From assembly GCA_038320275.1 (NCBI GenBank), contig JBBQEB010000035.1, positions 1 through 26,988 of the forward strand: a stretch of DNA of 26,988 bases. Reading direction: 5' to 3'. Shown here piece after piece: positions 16,815-24,158 of the stretch; the first letter of the stretch is position 1, and each line of letters begins with the position of its first letter. Under the pieces are notes generated by a model. The model was not told the DNA's origin, did no database searches, and saw only the letters and a program-made list of their open reading frames with translations. The position numbers and the translations under genes are program-made. This DNA is from Myxococcales bacterium. GTDB taxonomy: Bacteria; Myxococcota; Myxococcia; Myxococcales; Anaeromyxobacteraceae.

Positions 16815-16997
16815 GGTCGGGGTCGAGGTCGGGGTCAAGGTCGAGGTCGAGGTCGGGAGGTCGCGGTCGGGTTCGGGTTCGGGTTCGAGGTCGCGGTCGC
16901 GGTCGCGGTCGCGGTCGAGGTCGAGGTCGAAGGTCGGGGTCGCGGGTCGGGGTCGGGGTCGGGTTCGCGGTCGCGGTCGAACTCGCAAGTCGCGGTC
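16815..16997 (+). repeat. (GGTCGN/GTTCGN)n hexamer tract 4, right flank of the HNH gene
   Basis: About 29 imperfect units; 16857-16893 is identical to 15343-15379. Confidence 0.95.
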
Positions 16998-17006
16998 TCG
17001 TTCCTC

Positions 17007-18374
17007 TCACCCGATCCCCAGCTCCCGCGCGAGGGCTTCGAGGAGCGCGGCCCGATGGGCGGCGCGAAACTTCCCGCGCCGGGCCTGTGCCTCCCTCGCC
17101 AGCGCGCGCGCGTCCTCCGCGGCACCCAGCGCGTGGGCGGCGCTCGCCGCGAGCAGCCAGCCGTCGGGGCTCGCGTCGAGGAGCCCTTCCACCCGGGCGA
17201 GCGCCGCGGGCGCTTCGCCGCAGCGGACGAGCAGCTCCACCTCTCCCAGTCTGGCCCCGACGCTCTCGGGCAGCTTCTCGAGCGCGGCGGCGAAGGCGGC
17301 GCGTGCCTCCGCGTCGCGGCCCGCGCAGAGGAGTGCCTCGCCCAGCCCACAGGCGCTGGCCTGGGAGGCCGAGCCCGCCACGAACTGCCGCGGCGTCTCC
17401 CGCGCGCCCGCGGCGAGCGCGGCGCGAAAGGAGGCCTCCGCCGCCGTCAGCGCCCGCTCCCGTCCCTCGCCGGAGAGGCCCGCGGCCTGCTGGAGGAGGG
17501 CGCGCCCGCGGAGGTGGTCGAGGTCGGGCCCGGGTCCCTCCGTGCGCCAGGCGCGCTCCACCGACTCCAGCGCGCGCTCGGCGTCCCCGCGCTCCAGCGC
17601 GGAGATGGCGCGCGCCAAAGCGAGCCGCAGGATGGAACGACCGGGCGGCTGACGTGGGAGCAACGCCCAGCCGCGCTCCGCTACCTCGGCCGCCTCGGCG
17701 AGCTCGCCCTCGAACACGAGCTGCAGCGCGAGCTCGCCACGGGGGGTGACGCTGTCCGGCTCGAGCGCGCAGCGCCGGCGCAAGAGCGCCACGTTGCGGT
17801 CCCGCTTGCCGCGCTGCGCGCGCACCTCCGCCACGTATCCAAGGTGAACGATGTCGACGTCCAGGTCGGCGAGGCGCATGCCGCGGGAGGCGAGCCAGTC
17901 GGAGACCGATTCGTGGACGAGGCCCGTGTACCGGAGGTCGGCCGTGCGGCGGAGGAGACGGGGCAGCCGGATGGGCGAGCCCTGACGGGCGCTCCCGGCC
18001 ACCACCTCGGCGAGCGGCGCGTCGAGCCGCGCGGCGTCATGAAGGCGGAGGGTGCCACAGTCGAAGGTGGCGCCCTCGAGCGCCGCGCGCAGCCGCACAC
18101 CGGCGCCGGGCGCGAGCCGCTCGTCCGCGTCGAGGACGAGCGCGAACTCTCCCGTGGCGAGCGCGAGCGAGGCGTTGCGCGCCGCCGAAAAGTCGTCCTC
18201 CCAGGGGGCGAAGCCCACGATGGCGCCGGCCTCGCGCGCGATACTCGCGGTGGCGTCGCGGCTCCCCGTGTCGATCAGGACGACCTCGTCCACGACTCCT
18301 GCGACCGATTCCAGGAGCCCGGGCAGCAGCTCCGCCTCATCGCGCGCGATGACGCACAGCGAGAGGCGCGGCAC
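17007..18374 (-). CDS. glycosyltransferase family 2 with TPR-like C-terminus
   Basis: LSLCVIARDE, DTGSRD, WEDDFSAARN, LDADE (DxD), VHE, IVHLGY, followed by Ala-rich helical repeats. Confidence 0.9.
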   Translation of the reverse strand: MPRLSLCVIARDEAELLPGLLESVAGVVDEVVLIDTGSRDATASIAREAGAIVGFAPWEDDFSAARNASLALATGEFALVLDADERLAPGAGVRLRAALEGATFDCGTLRLHDAARLDAPLAEVVAGSARQGSPIRLPRLLRRTADLRYTGLVHESVSDWLASRGMRLADLDVDIVHLGYVAEVRAQRGKRDRNVALLRRRCALEPDSVTPRGELALQLVFEGELAEAAEVAERGWALLPRQPPGRSILRLALARAISALERGDAERALESVERAWRTEGPGPDLDHLRGRALLQQAAGLSGEGRERALTAAEASFRAALAAGARETPRQFVAGSASQASACGLGEALLCAGRDAEARAAFAAALEKLPESVGARLGEVELLVRCGEAPAALARVEGLLDASPDGWLLAASAAHALGAAEDARALAREAQARRGKFRAAHRAALLEALARELGIG

Positions 18375-18385
18375 GGCGAACGGGG

Positions 18386-18583
18386 CTACTTCGCCACCGG
18401 CTTGGAGGGCGCCGGCTCCTTGACCGCGGGCTCCACGACGTCGTCCTTGTCCTTCAGGGCCTTGCGGAAGCTGTTCAGGCTCTCACCCAGTCCCTTGCCG
18501 AGCTGCGGCAGCTTGCTCCCGCCGAAGAGCACCAGGACGACGAGGAGGATGAGGAGCATCTCGGGCATGCGGAGTCCGAACAT
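18386..18583 (-). CDS. tatA: twin-arginine translocase TatA/TatE subunit
   Basis: MFGLRMPEMLLILLVVLVLFGGSKLPQLGKGLGESLNSFRK; AAGGA upstream of ATG 18583. Confidence 0.95.
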   Translation of the reverse strand: MFGLRMPEMLLILLVVLVLFGGSKLPQLGKGLGESLNSFRKALKDKDDVVEPAVKEPAPSKPVAK

Positions 18584-18649
18584 GGGGGATCCTTGGAACG
18601 AGTTCTGCGCTGGCGCGAGATTCTCGCACCCTTTCACACTGGAACGCAG

Positions 18650-19306
18650 CTACGAAGCCGCCTCTTCCAGCGCCACGGCGGCCAGCCGCCGAGCGTCGAG
18701 CACCCGCACGCCGCGGGAGGCGTCGACCAGCCCTTCGCGCTCCAGCCGGGTGAGGCAGCGGGACAGCGTCTCGGGGCGCATGCCGAGCAGGCGAGCTACC
18801 GTCTGCTTCCGGACGGAACCGGGGCGGTCGGACAGGAACGGCCCGTGGGCGAGCGCGAAGCGTGCGACGCGCGCCATGCAGTCGCCCTGGCGGTAGTTCA
18901 CCTCGTCGCGCTGCAGTCGCGACTCCCCGAGCATGAGGTCGAGGACAGCCCGGGCGGGGCTCGTCTCGGGCCCGATCCACTGGGCCATCGCGGTGCCCGG
19001 TATGCCGCAGAGCCGGGTCCGGGAGAGCGCCCGCACCTCGGTGAGGGAGGTGTCGCCGTGCACCGCCTCGGTGCACAGCAGCGACCCGGGCCCGCGCACG
19101 GAGAGGAGCAGCTCGGCGCCCTTGGGGCTCACCGCTGCCAGCGAGACGAACCCCTCCTTGACGAAGTAGACGGTACTGGGCCGCTCGCCCTGCGCGCAGA
19201 CCGTGGCGCCGGCTTCACGCGTCACCGGCGTGAGGCGGCAGCGCCCCTGGGAGGCCACCCCCAGCGAGCACACGCTGCAGTCGTTCACCGGCGAATTCGA
19301 GAGCAC
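18650..19306 (-). CDS. Crp/Fnr family regulator with N-terminal Cys cluster (start uncertain: 19306 or 19288)
   Basis: CSVC-x9-C, cNMP-fold motif QGERPSTVYFVKEG, HTH VARLLGMRPETLSR (ExxSR). Confidence 0.85.
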   Translation of the reverse strand: MLSNSPVNDCSVCSLGVASQGRCRLTPVTREAGATVCAQGERPSTVYFVKEGFVSLAAVSPKGAELLLSVRGPGSLLCTEAVHGDTSLTEVRALSRTRLCGIPGTAMAQWIGPETSPARAVLDLMLGESRLQRDEVNYRQGDCMARVARFALAHGPFLSDRPGSVRKQTVARLLGMRPETLSRCLTRLEREGLVDASRGVRVLDARRLAAVALEEAAS

Positions 19307-19463
19307 GCAGCCTCCAGGGTCGAGCCGATCGGGGATCCTTCGGGCCGGCCCTGCGCGCCGGGAGGGGTCTCTTCGGAGGCTCTCAGGGTAAGATTCGCTC
19401 GGCAGGTCGTACTGCATGTGCCAGGCCCGCAGATCCAGGGCAGATCGACGCAGGAAGTGCGTC

Positions 19464-19477
19464 TTGGCCTGGATCAA
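19464..19477. promoter_or_regulatory. candidate FNR-type box TTGGC-CTGG-ATCAA
   Basis: 8 of 10 match to TTGAT-N4-ATCAA, located between the divergent Fnr-like gene and moeA. Confidence 0.45.
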
Positions 19478-19513
19478 GTCGAGGGTACGCAACCTTTGCG
19501 AGGAGTGCGAGTC

Positions 19514-20683
19514 ATGGACAGGGTCGCTCGCATCCAGAGGCAGCTCGTCGCAGGCGTGACGCCCCTCGCGGCCGAGCAGGTCAGCCTGGCTGCTGTCGCG
19601 GGCCGCTTCCTGGCGGCGCCGGTCCTGGCGAGGCGTCCGGCTCCACCCTTCACGTGCTCGGCCATGGACGGCTTCGCGGTGAGGTCGGCCGACGTTCCCG
19701 GGCCCACCTGGCTCGCCGTCGGCCCGACGCTGTACGCGGGCGATCTCCCCGGCCCACCGCTCGGGGAGCGCGAGGCTGGCCGGATCTTCACGGGCGCGCC
19801 CCTGCCGCCGGGTGCCGACGCGGTGGTGCGCGGGGAGGCGGCGCGCGAGGACGACGGCGCGGTGAGCTTCGGCGCGGCGGCCCGCCCCGGCGAGAACGTC
19901 CGCCTGGTGGGAGAGGACGTGGCGGCGGGCGGCGTCGCGCTGCCCGCGGGGTTCCGCCTGGGACCGCGGCAGCTCGCCCTGCTGGCCGCGGTGGGCGCGG
20001 AGGCGATCGCGGTGGTGCGGCGGCCGCGGGTCGCCCTGCTCACCACCGGCGACGAGATCGTCTCCGGCCGGACACCCGACTCGAACGGCGCCGGGATCGA
20101 GGCCGCCCTGCGCGCGCTGGGTGCGCAGGTGGAGCGGCGCGCCGCCCGCGACGACCGGGAAGAGATCGCCCGCGCCGTGCGAGAGCTCCTTGCGAGCGCG
20201 GACGCGCTGGTGACCGTCGGCGGGGTCTCGGTGGGCGCACGCGACCACGTGGCCGCTGCGGTGGCGTCGGCGGGCGCCGAGGTCGAGGTCCACGGGGTGC
20301 CCATGAAGCCGGGCAAGCCGTTCCTGTTCGCGCGCGCGGGTGGAAAGCCGATCTTCGGCCTCCCCGGGAGCCCCTCCGCCTGCCTGGTGGCGTTCGAGGT
20401 GATGGCGCGGCCAGCCCTCCTGCGGCTCGCCGGCGCGGCCCGGCTCTTCCGCCGGGCGCTGCGCCTTCCGCTCGCGGAAGCGGTGGAGGGGCGGCCCGGG
20501 CGAGCTCGCTTCCTGTGGGCGCGGCTGGAGGAGGGCGGGGCCGTGCGGCCGGTGGGGCGGGAGGCGGCGCAGGTGCGCGGGCCAGCGCTGGCGGACGCGC
20601 TCCTCTGCGTTCCGGAGAAGGCGGGCCTCCTGGCCGAGGGCGAGCTCGCGGAGTGCTGGCTCCTGGAGGACGACGCCGCGTGA
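19514..20683 (+). CDS. moeA: molybdopterin molybdotransferase MoeA
   Basis: SAMDGFAV, IFTGAPLPPGADAVV, TGDEI, DSN, GGVSVG.RD, MKPGKP, GLPGSP; GAGGAG upstream of ATG 19514. Confidence 0.93.
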   Translation: MDRVARIQRQLVAGVTPLAAEQVSLAAVAGRFLAAPVLARRPAPPFTCSAMDGFAVRSADVPGPTWLAVGPTLYAGDLPGPPLGEREAGRIFTGAPLPPGADAVVRGEAAREDDGAVSFGAAARPGENVRLVGEDVAAGGVALPAGFRLGPRQLALLAAVGAEAIAVVRRPRVALLTTGDEIVSGRTPDSNGAGIEAALRALGAQVERRAARDDREEIARAVRELLASADALVTVGGVSVGARDHVAAAVASAGAEVEVHGVPMKPGKPFLFARAGGKPIFGLPGSPSACLVAFEVMARPALLRLAGAARLFRRALRLPLAEAVEGRPGRARFLWARLEEGGAVRPVGREAAQVRGPALADALLCVPEKAGLLAEGELAECWLLEDDAA

Positions 20684-21288
20684 CGCGAATCCTCGCCTTC
20701 TCCGGCGCGAGCGGGGCGGGCAAGACGACGCTCCTCGTGAAGCTCATCCCGGCCCTCCGCGCACGGGGCCTCACCGTGGCGGCGATGAAGCGCTCGGGCC
20801 ATCCGCACGCCTTCGACCGCCCGCGCAAGGACAGTGCTCGCCTGCGAAGGGCGGGCGCGCTGGCGGTCGCGCTGCGCGGTCCCGACGAGGTGGCCTACTT
20901 CGGTCCGGCTCCGCCGGGAGGGCTGCGCGGGCTCGCGGCCATGCTCCCTGCGGTCGATCTCATCCTCGCCGAGGGCTTCAAGGGGGAGCCGGTGGCGCGC
21001 ATCGAGGTGCGCCGCGGCGAGGTGGACGGGACGTTCCTCTGCGCGAGCGACCGCCGCGTCATCGCGGTGGTGAGCGACGGCGCGCCGCCGCGCCCGCTGC
21101 CGTGGTTCACGGCGGGAGAGGTGGAGGCGCTCGCGGAATTCGTGGCGCGCTTCGCGCGCGGGGAGGGGCGGCTCAGCGGCCGTACGCCGCGGTCGCCCGC
21201 CGGGCCGGACCAGCCTCGTCGAGGGCCCGCCGGATCCGCACCGTCGCCTCGTCCGCGGCGGCCTCGCAGCGGGCGTGCAGGATCCTGA
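20680..21288 (+). CDS. mobB: molybdopterin-guanine dinucleotide biosynthesis protein B
   Basis: GASGAGKTT P-loop, FDRPRKDS, DLILAEGFK; GTGA overlap with the moeA stop. Confidence 0.88.
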   Translation: MTRILAFSGASGAGKTTLLVKLIPALRARGLTVAAMKRSGHPHAFDRPRKDSARLRRAGALAVALRGPDEVAYFGPAPPGGLRGLAAMLPAVDLILAEGFKGEPVARIEVRRGEVDGTFLCASDRRVIAVVSDGAPPRPLPWFTAGEVEALAEFVARFARGEGRLSGRTPRSPAGPDQPRRGPAGSAPSPRPRRPRSGRAGS

Positions 21289-21451
21289 GCTCCGCCAGGC
21301 GGGCCGGAGCGATCGTGCCCTCGCCCGACGCGGCGGCCTGGGCGCATCCGCGGGCGAGCTCGTCCAGGGCTGCCGAGGCGGCGATGCCGTCGTCTGCGGC
21401 GAGGAGCCGCTCGACGACGAGCAGCGATGCTTCCATCACGTCGGCGATCAC
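21173..21451 (-). CDS. small helical protein, FliT/FlgN-like by position
   Basis: GTG overlaps the fliS TGA; 92 aa, helical, ends ATAAYGR. Function inferred only from the fliD-fliS-X gene order. Confidence 0.55.
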   Translation of the reverse strand: MIADVMEASLLVVERLLAADDGIAASAALDELARGCAQAAASGEGTIAPARLAELRILHARCEAAADEATVRIRRALDEAGPARRATAAYGR

Positions 21452-21855
21452 CGCGCCCCCGCTCCGGCGCGCTCCGCCGAGAGCTGCCGCACCGCGATGG
21501 AGAAGCCCTCTGCCACCGGCATGAAGACGCGCTCTGCCTCGCGGACCAGCTTGGCCTCGCGGCGCGCGTTGGCGCTGAGGAGCCGGCCGCACACGAACTG
21601 GTAGACCTGGCCGAGGTTCTTGCCGAGCTCGGGGTAGCGGTGCGTGTCGAAGCTGCTGTCCAGCTCGACCACGATGTCGGTCGCCTTGGCAAGCGCGACG
21701 TTGGCCTCCTGCGAGCGCCCGCTCTCCAGCGAAGCCGTGGCGGTGCGCATGTGCCGCAGGGCGGCTTCGAACAGGAGCACCATCAGGCGCTCTGGGGAAG
21801 CGGTCTCGTTCTGGGCGGCCGCGTAGCGGCGGGTCGGGTTCATGGTCGTGCTCAC
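21448..21855 (-). CDS. fliS: flagellin export chaperone FliS
   Basis: TASPERLMVLLFEAA, KATDIVVEL, NLGQVYQF; directly follows fliD. Confidence 0.92.
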   Translation of the reverse strand: MSTTMNPTRRYAAAQNETASPERLMVLLFEAALRHMRTATASLESGRSQEANVALAKATDIVVELDSSFDTHRYPELGKNLGQVYQFVCGRLLSANARREAKLVREAERVFMPVAEGFSIAVRQLSAERAGAGAR

Positions 21856-23210
21856 TTGCTGTTGCTCATGGAAGCCATCTGCTGGGTGAGGAAGTTCCCG
21901 CTCGCCTTGAGGCCGCTCACCACGCTCTCCATGGCGGTGAACTGAGCCACCAGGCTCGCCCGGAAGGAGTCGATGCGGTGCTGGATGTTGGCTGCCTGCG
22001 TGTCCATGTCCTTCACCCGCTTGGTGAGCCCGTTCCCGTCGCTGACGAGGAGCCCGGAACCGGAGGCGGTGTAGGCCGCGACGAGGCTGGTGGCGAGCTT
22101 GCCGACGCCGCCCGCCGGGTCGGAGAAGAGAGCGTTCAGCGCGGCGGGATCGCGGGCCATCGCCTTGGTGAGCGCGGCGGAGTCCACCGAGAGGGTACCG
22201 TCGCGGCCGGTCTTGAGCCCGGCGTCGGCGAGGGAGCGCACCGTGGAGAGACCCGCCACCTGGCTCGAGCCGAGCTTCTGGAGGGCGGACTGGAGGCTGC
22301 GGACCACCGAGTCGCCGGCCAGCGTCTTCGAGCGGTCGGTGTCCTTGCTCGGGCTGAGCTGCCCCTGCACCAGGGACATGACGCTGTTGTAGGCGTCGGC
22401 GAACGTCTTCAGCTTGGCCTGGGTGGCGTCCGGATCATTCGCGATGGAGAGCGTCTCGGCCGGTCCCCCGGCCGACTTCAGCGTGAAGGCGACGCCGGGC
22501 AGCGCGTCCGCGACCACGTTGGAGGGGCGGGTGAACGACAGGCCGTCGAGGGTGAAGGTCGCGCTGGTGGGCGGCTTCGAGACCACGTCCGCGCCTGCGG
22601 TGGGGTCCACCCCGGTGCCCGCGTCGGGCGTGAAGCCGACGCTCATGGGGGTGCCGGTCTGCATGGCGGTGATGGAGAGGTACTTCTTCGTCCCGTCGTC
22701 GAGCACGACCGCCGAGACCGGGGCGCCGCTCTGCCGGATGCCGAAGGCGATGTCCGCCAGCGACGCGCCGGGCGTGACGGGGATGCTGTAGGAAACGGGC
22801 GGCGGGACCGCGTTGGGGTCGCCGGCGCTCAGCGTGAAGGTGCCGCCGTGGAGGGTGTCGGTGGGCGCAAGCCCGGTCGAGCGCCACTTGGCCGCGGTCG
22901 CCAGCGACTGAACTTGGAGGTCGTACGCCCCGGCCGTGCCGGAGGAGCCGGGGACGGCGGTGAAAGACGTGTTGCTGGAGACCGTCTTCAGGCCCAGTGC
23001 GCCCCCGGTGGAGAGGTCGTTCGCGGCTGTCTGCAGCGCGGCGAGCTTGGAGGTGAGCGTGGCGAGGGTGGAGATCTGCAGGTTGAACGCCGACTGCTTG
23101 GCCTTGAGGAGGTCGAGCGGCTTCTGCTCCAGCGCCACCAGCTTGTCGATGATGGAGCTCGAGTCGATGCCGCTCGCGAGGCCGCCGACCGTGAACAGAG
23201 GATCCGCCAT
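21852..23210 (-). CDS. fliD: flagellar filament cap protein FliD
   Basis: GLASGIDSSSIIDKLVALE, VQSLATA, SNVVADALPGV, QFTAMES. Confidence 0.95.
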   Translation of the reverse strand: MADPLFTVGGLASGIDSSSIIDKLVALEQKPLDLLKAKQSAFNLQISTLATLTSKLAALQTAANDLSTGGALGLKTVSSNTSFTAVPGSSGTAGAYDLQVQSLATAAKWRSTGLAPTDTLHGGTFTLSAGDPNAVPPPVSYSIPVTPGASLADIAFGIRQSGAPVSAVVLDDGTKKYLSITAMQTGTPMSVGFTPDAGTGVDPTAGADVVSKPPTSATFTLDGLSFTRPSNVVADALPGVAFTLKSAGGPAETLSIANDPDATQAKLKTFADAYNSVMSLVQGQLSPSKDTDRSKTLAGDSVVRSLQSALQKLGSSQVAGLSTVRSLADAGLKTGRDGTLSVDSAALTKAMARDPAALNALFSDPAGGVGKLATSLVAAYTASGSGLLVSDGNGLTKRVKDMDTQAANIQHRIDSFRASLVAQFTAMESVVSGLKASGNFLTQQMASMSNSK

Positions 23211-23224
23211 GGCGACCTCCCGAG

Positions 23225-23262
23225 AAAAGGCCGCCCCAGGGCTACGAAGCCAAGGGGCGGCC
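23225..23262 (-). terminator. intrinsic terminator downstream of fliC
   Basis: Minus strand reads GGCCGCCCC-TT-GGCT-TCGT-AGCC-CT-GGGGCGGCC followed by TTTT. Confidence 0.75.
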
Positions 23263-23292
23263 GAAGGGGACTGCTACGCTTCCGGGATCGGA

Positions 23293-24120
23293 CTACCCGA
23301 GCAGCTTGAGGGCCATCTGCGGGAGCTGGTTCGCCTGGCCGAGCACCGAGACGCCGGCCTGGGCGAGGATCTGCGAGCGCGACAGGTTGGAGGTCTCCTC
23401 GGCCACGTTGACGTCGCGGATGCGGCTGTCGGCGGCGGAGAGGGACTGCGAGAAGGACTGGATGGTGTCGATGACGCCCTGGAACCGGTTGCCCACCGCG
23501 CCGAAGTCGGCGCGCTTGCTGGAGACGGTGCTCAGCGCGGAGTCGATGCTGGCGAGGGCGGCCTGGGCACCCGTGGCCGAGGACAGGTCGAGAGTCGAGA
23601 GGCCGAGGCCGCTGACCGTCGCGTCGGTCAGGCTGACGCTGAGCCGGTCGTCCGAGGTGTTGCGGATGCCGACCTGGAAGGTGAGGGGGGTCGCGCTGCC
23701 CGTGTTGAGCAGCTTCACGCCGTTGTACTCGGCGGTGTTGGCGGTGCGGTCGATCTCGGAGGAGAGCGCCTTCGCCTCGGTGGCGATGTAGGCGCGCTCG
23801 GAAGTGCCGACGCCGTCCGAGGCGGACTGCATGGCGAGCTCGCGGAGGCGGGTGAGGATGTTGGTGGTCGAGTTCAGCGCCGCCTCGCCCGTCTGCAGCA
23901 CCGAGAGGCCGTCGTTCGCGTTGCGGCCGGCCTGGTTGTAGCTCTTCACCTGGGCCTCGAGGTTCGTGCTGATGCCGAGGCCGGCGGCGTCGTCGCCCGC
24001 CTTGGTGATGCGCATGCCGGAGGACAGCTTCGACATGCTCGCCTCGAGCATGTTCTGCGTCTTGTTGAGGTTCCGCTGCGCGTCGAGGGAGGCGAGGTTG
24101 GTGCGAATCGAGAGTGACAT
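23293..24120 (-). CDS. fliC: flagellin (275 aa, minimal type)
   Basis: MSLSIRTN, KLSSGMRITKAGDDAAGL, RLRELAMQS, RADFGAVGNR, SRIRDVN, QILAQAG...ANQLPQ; AGGAGA ribosome-binding site. Confidence 0.98.
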   Translation of the reverse strand: MSLSIRTNLASLDAQRNLNKTQNMLEASMSKLSSGMRITKAGDDAAGLGISTNLEAQVKSYNQAGRNANDGLSVLQTGEAALNSTTNILTRLRELAMQSASDGVGTSERAYIATEAKALSSEIDRTANTAEYNGVKLLNTGSATPLTFQVGIRNTSDDRLSVSLTDATVSGLGLSTLDLSSATGAQAALASIDSALSTVSSKRADFGAVGNRFQGVIDTIQSFSQSLSAADSRIRDVNVAEETSNLSRSQILAQAGVSVLGQANQLPQMALKLLG

Positions 24121-24158
24121 GGGTTCTCCTGGTTTAGGGGCGACCCTTGTGTTCGCCC

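Larger units (their letters stand above)
15291..16997 (+). mobile_element. putative repeat-flanked HNH selfish element
   Basis: Single nuclease gene bounded by directly repeated hexamer tracts, with a decayed paralogous copy about 3.4 kb upstream. Mobility is inferred, not shown. Confidence 0.5.

Noticed and set aside
15291..16997. CRISPR array or Cas9/IscB-type RNA-guided system around the HNH gene
   Set aside because: The repeats are contiguous 6-7 nt units with no unique spacers. The protein shows no RuvC motifs, and only about 30 nt separate its stop from the next array.
14407..17749. ORFs with (GR)n, (PR)n, (DRDP)n or poly-Val tracts (e.g. 14614..15591, 15230..15550, 16245..16988, 16705..17010, 16805..17749) and N-terminal extensions of the CBS and HNH genes
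   Set aside because: They are translations of the largely stop-free hexamer arrays and overlap better-supported genes.
20350..20380. MoeA LPGSP in place of the usual LPGNP as a sign of inactivation
   Set aside because: A single substitution with other motifs intact; loss of function cannot be inferred from sequence alone.
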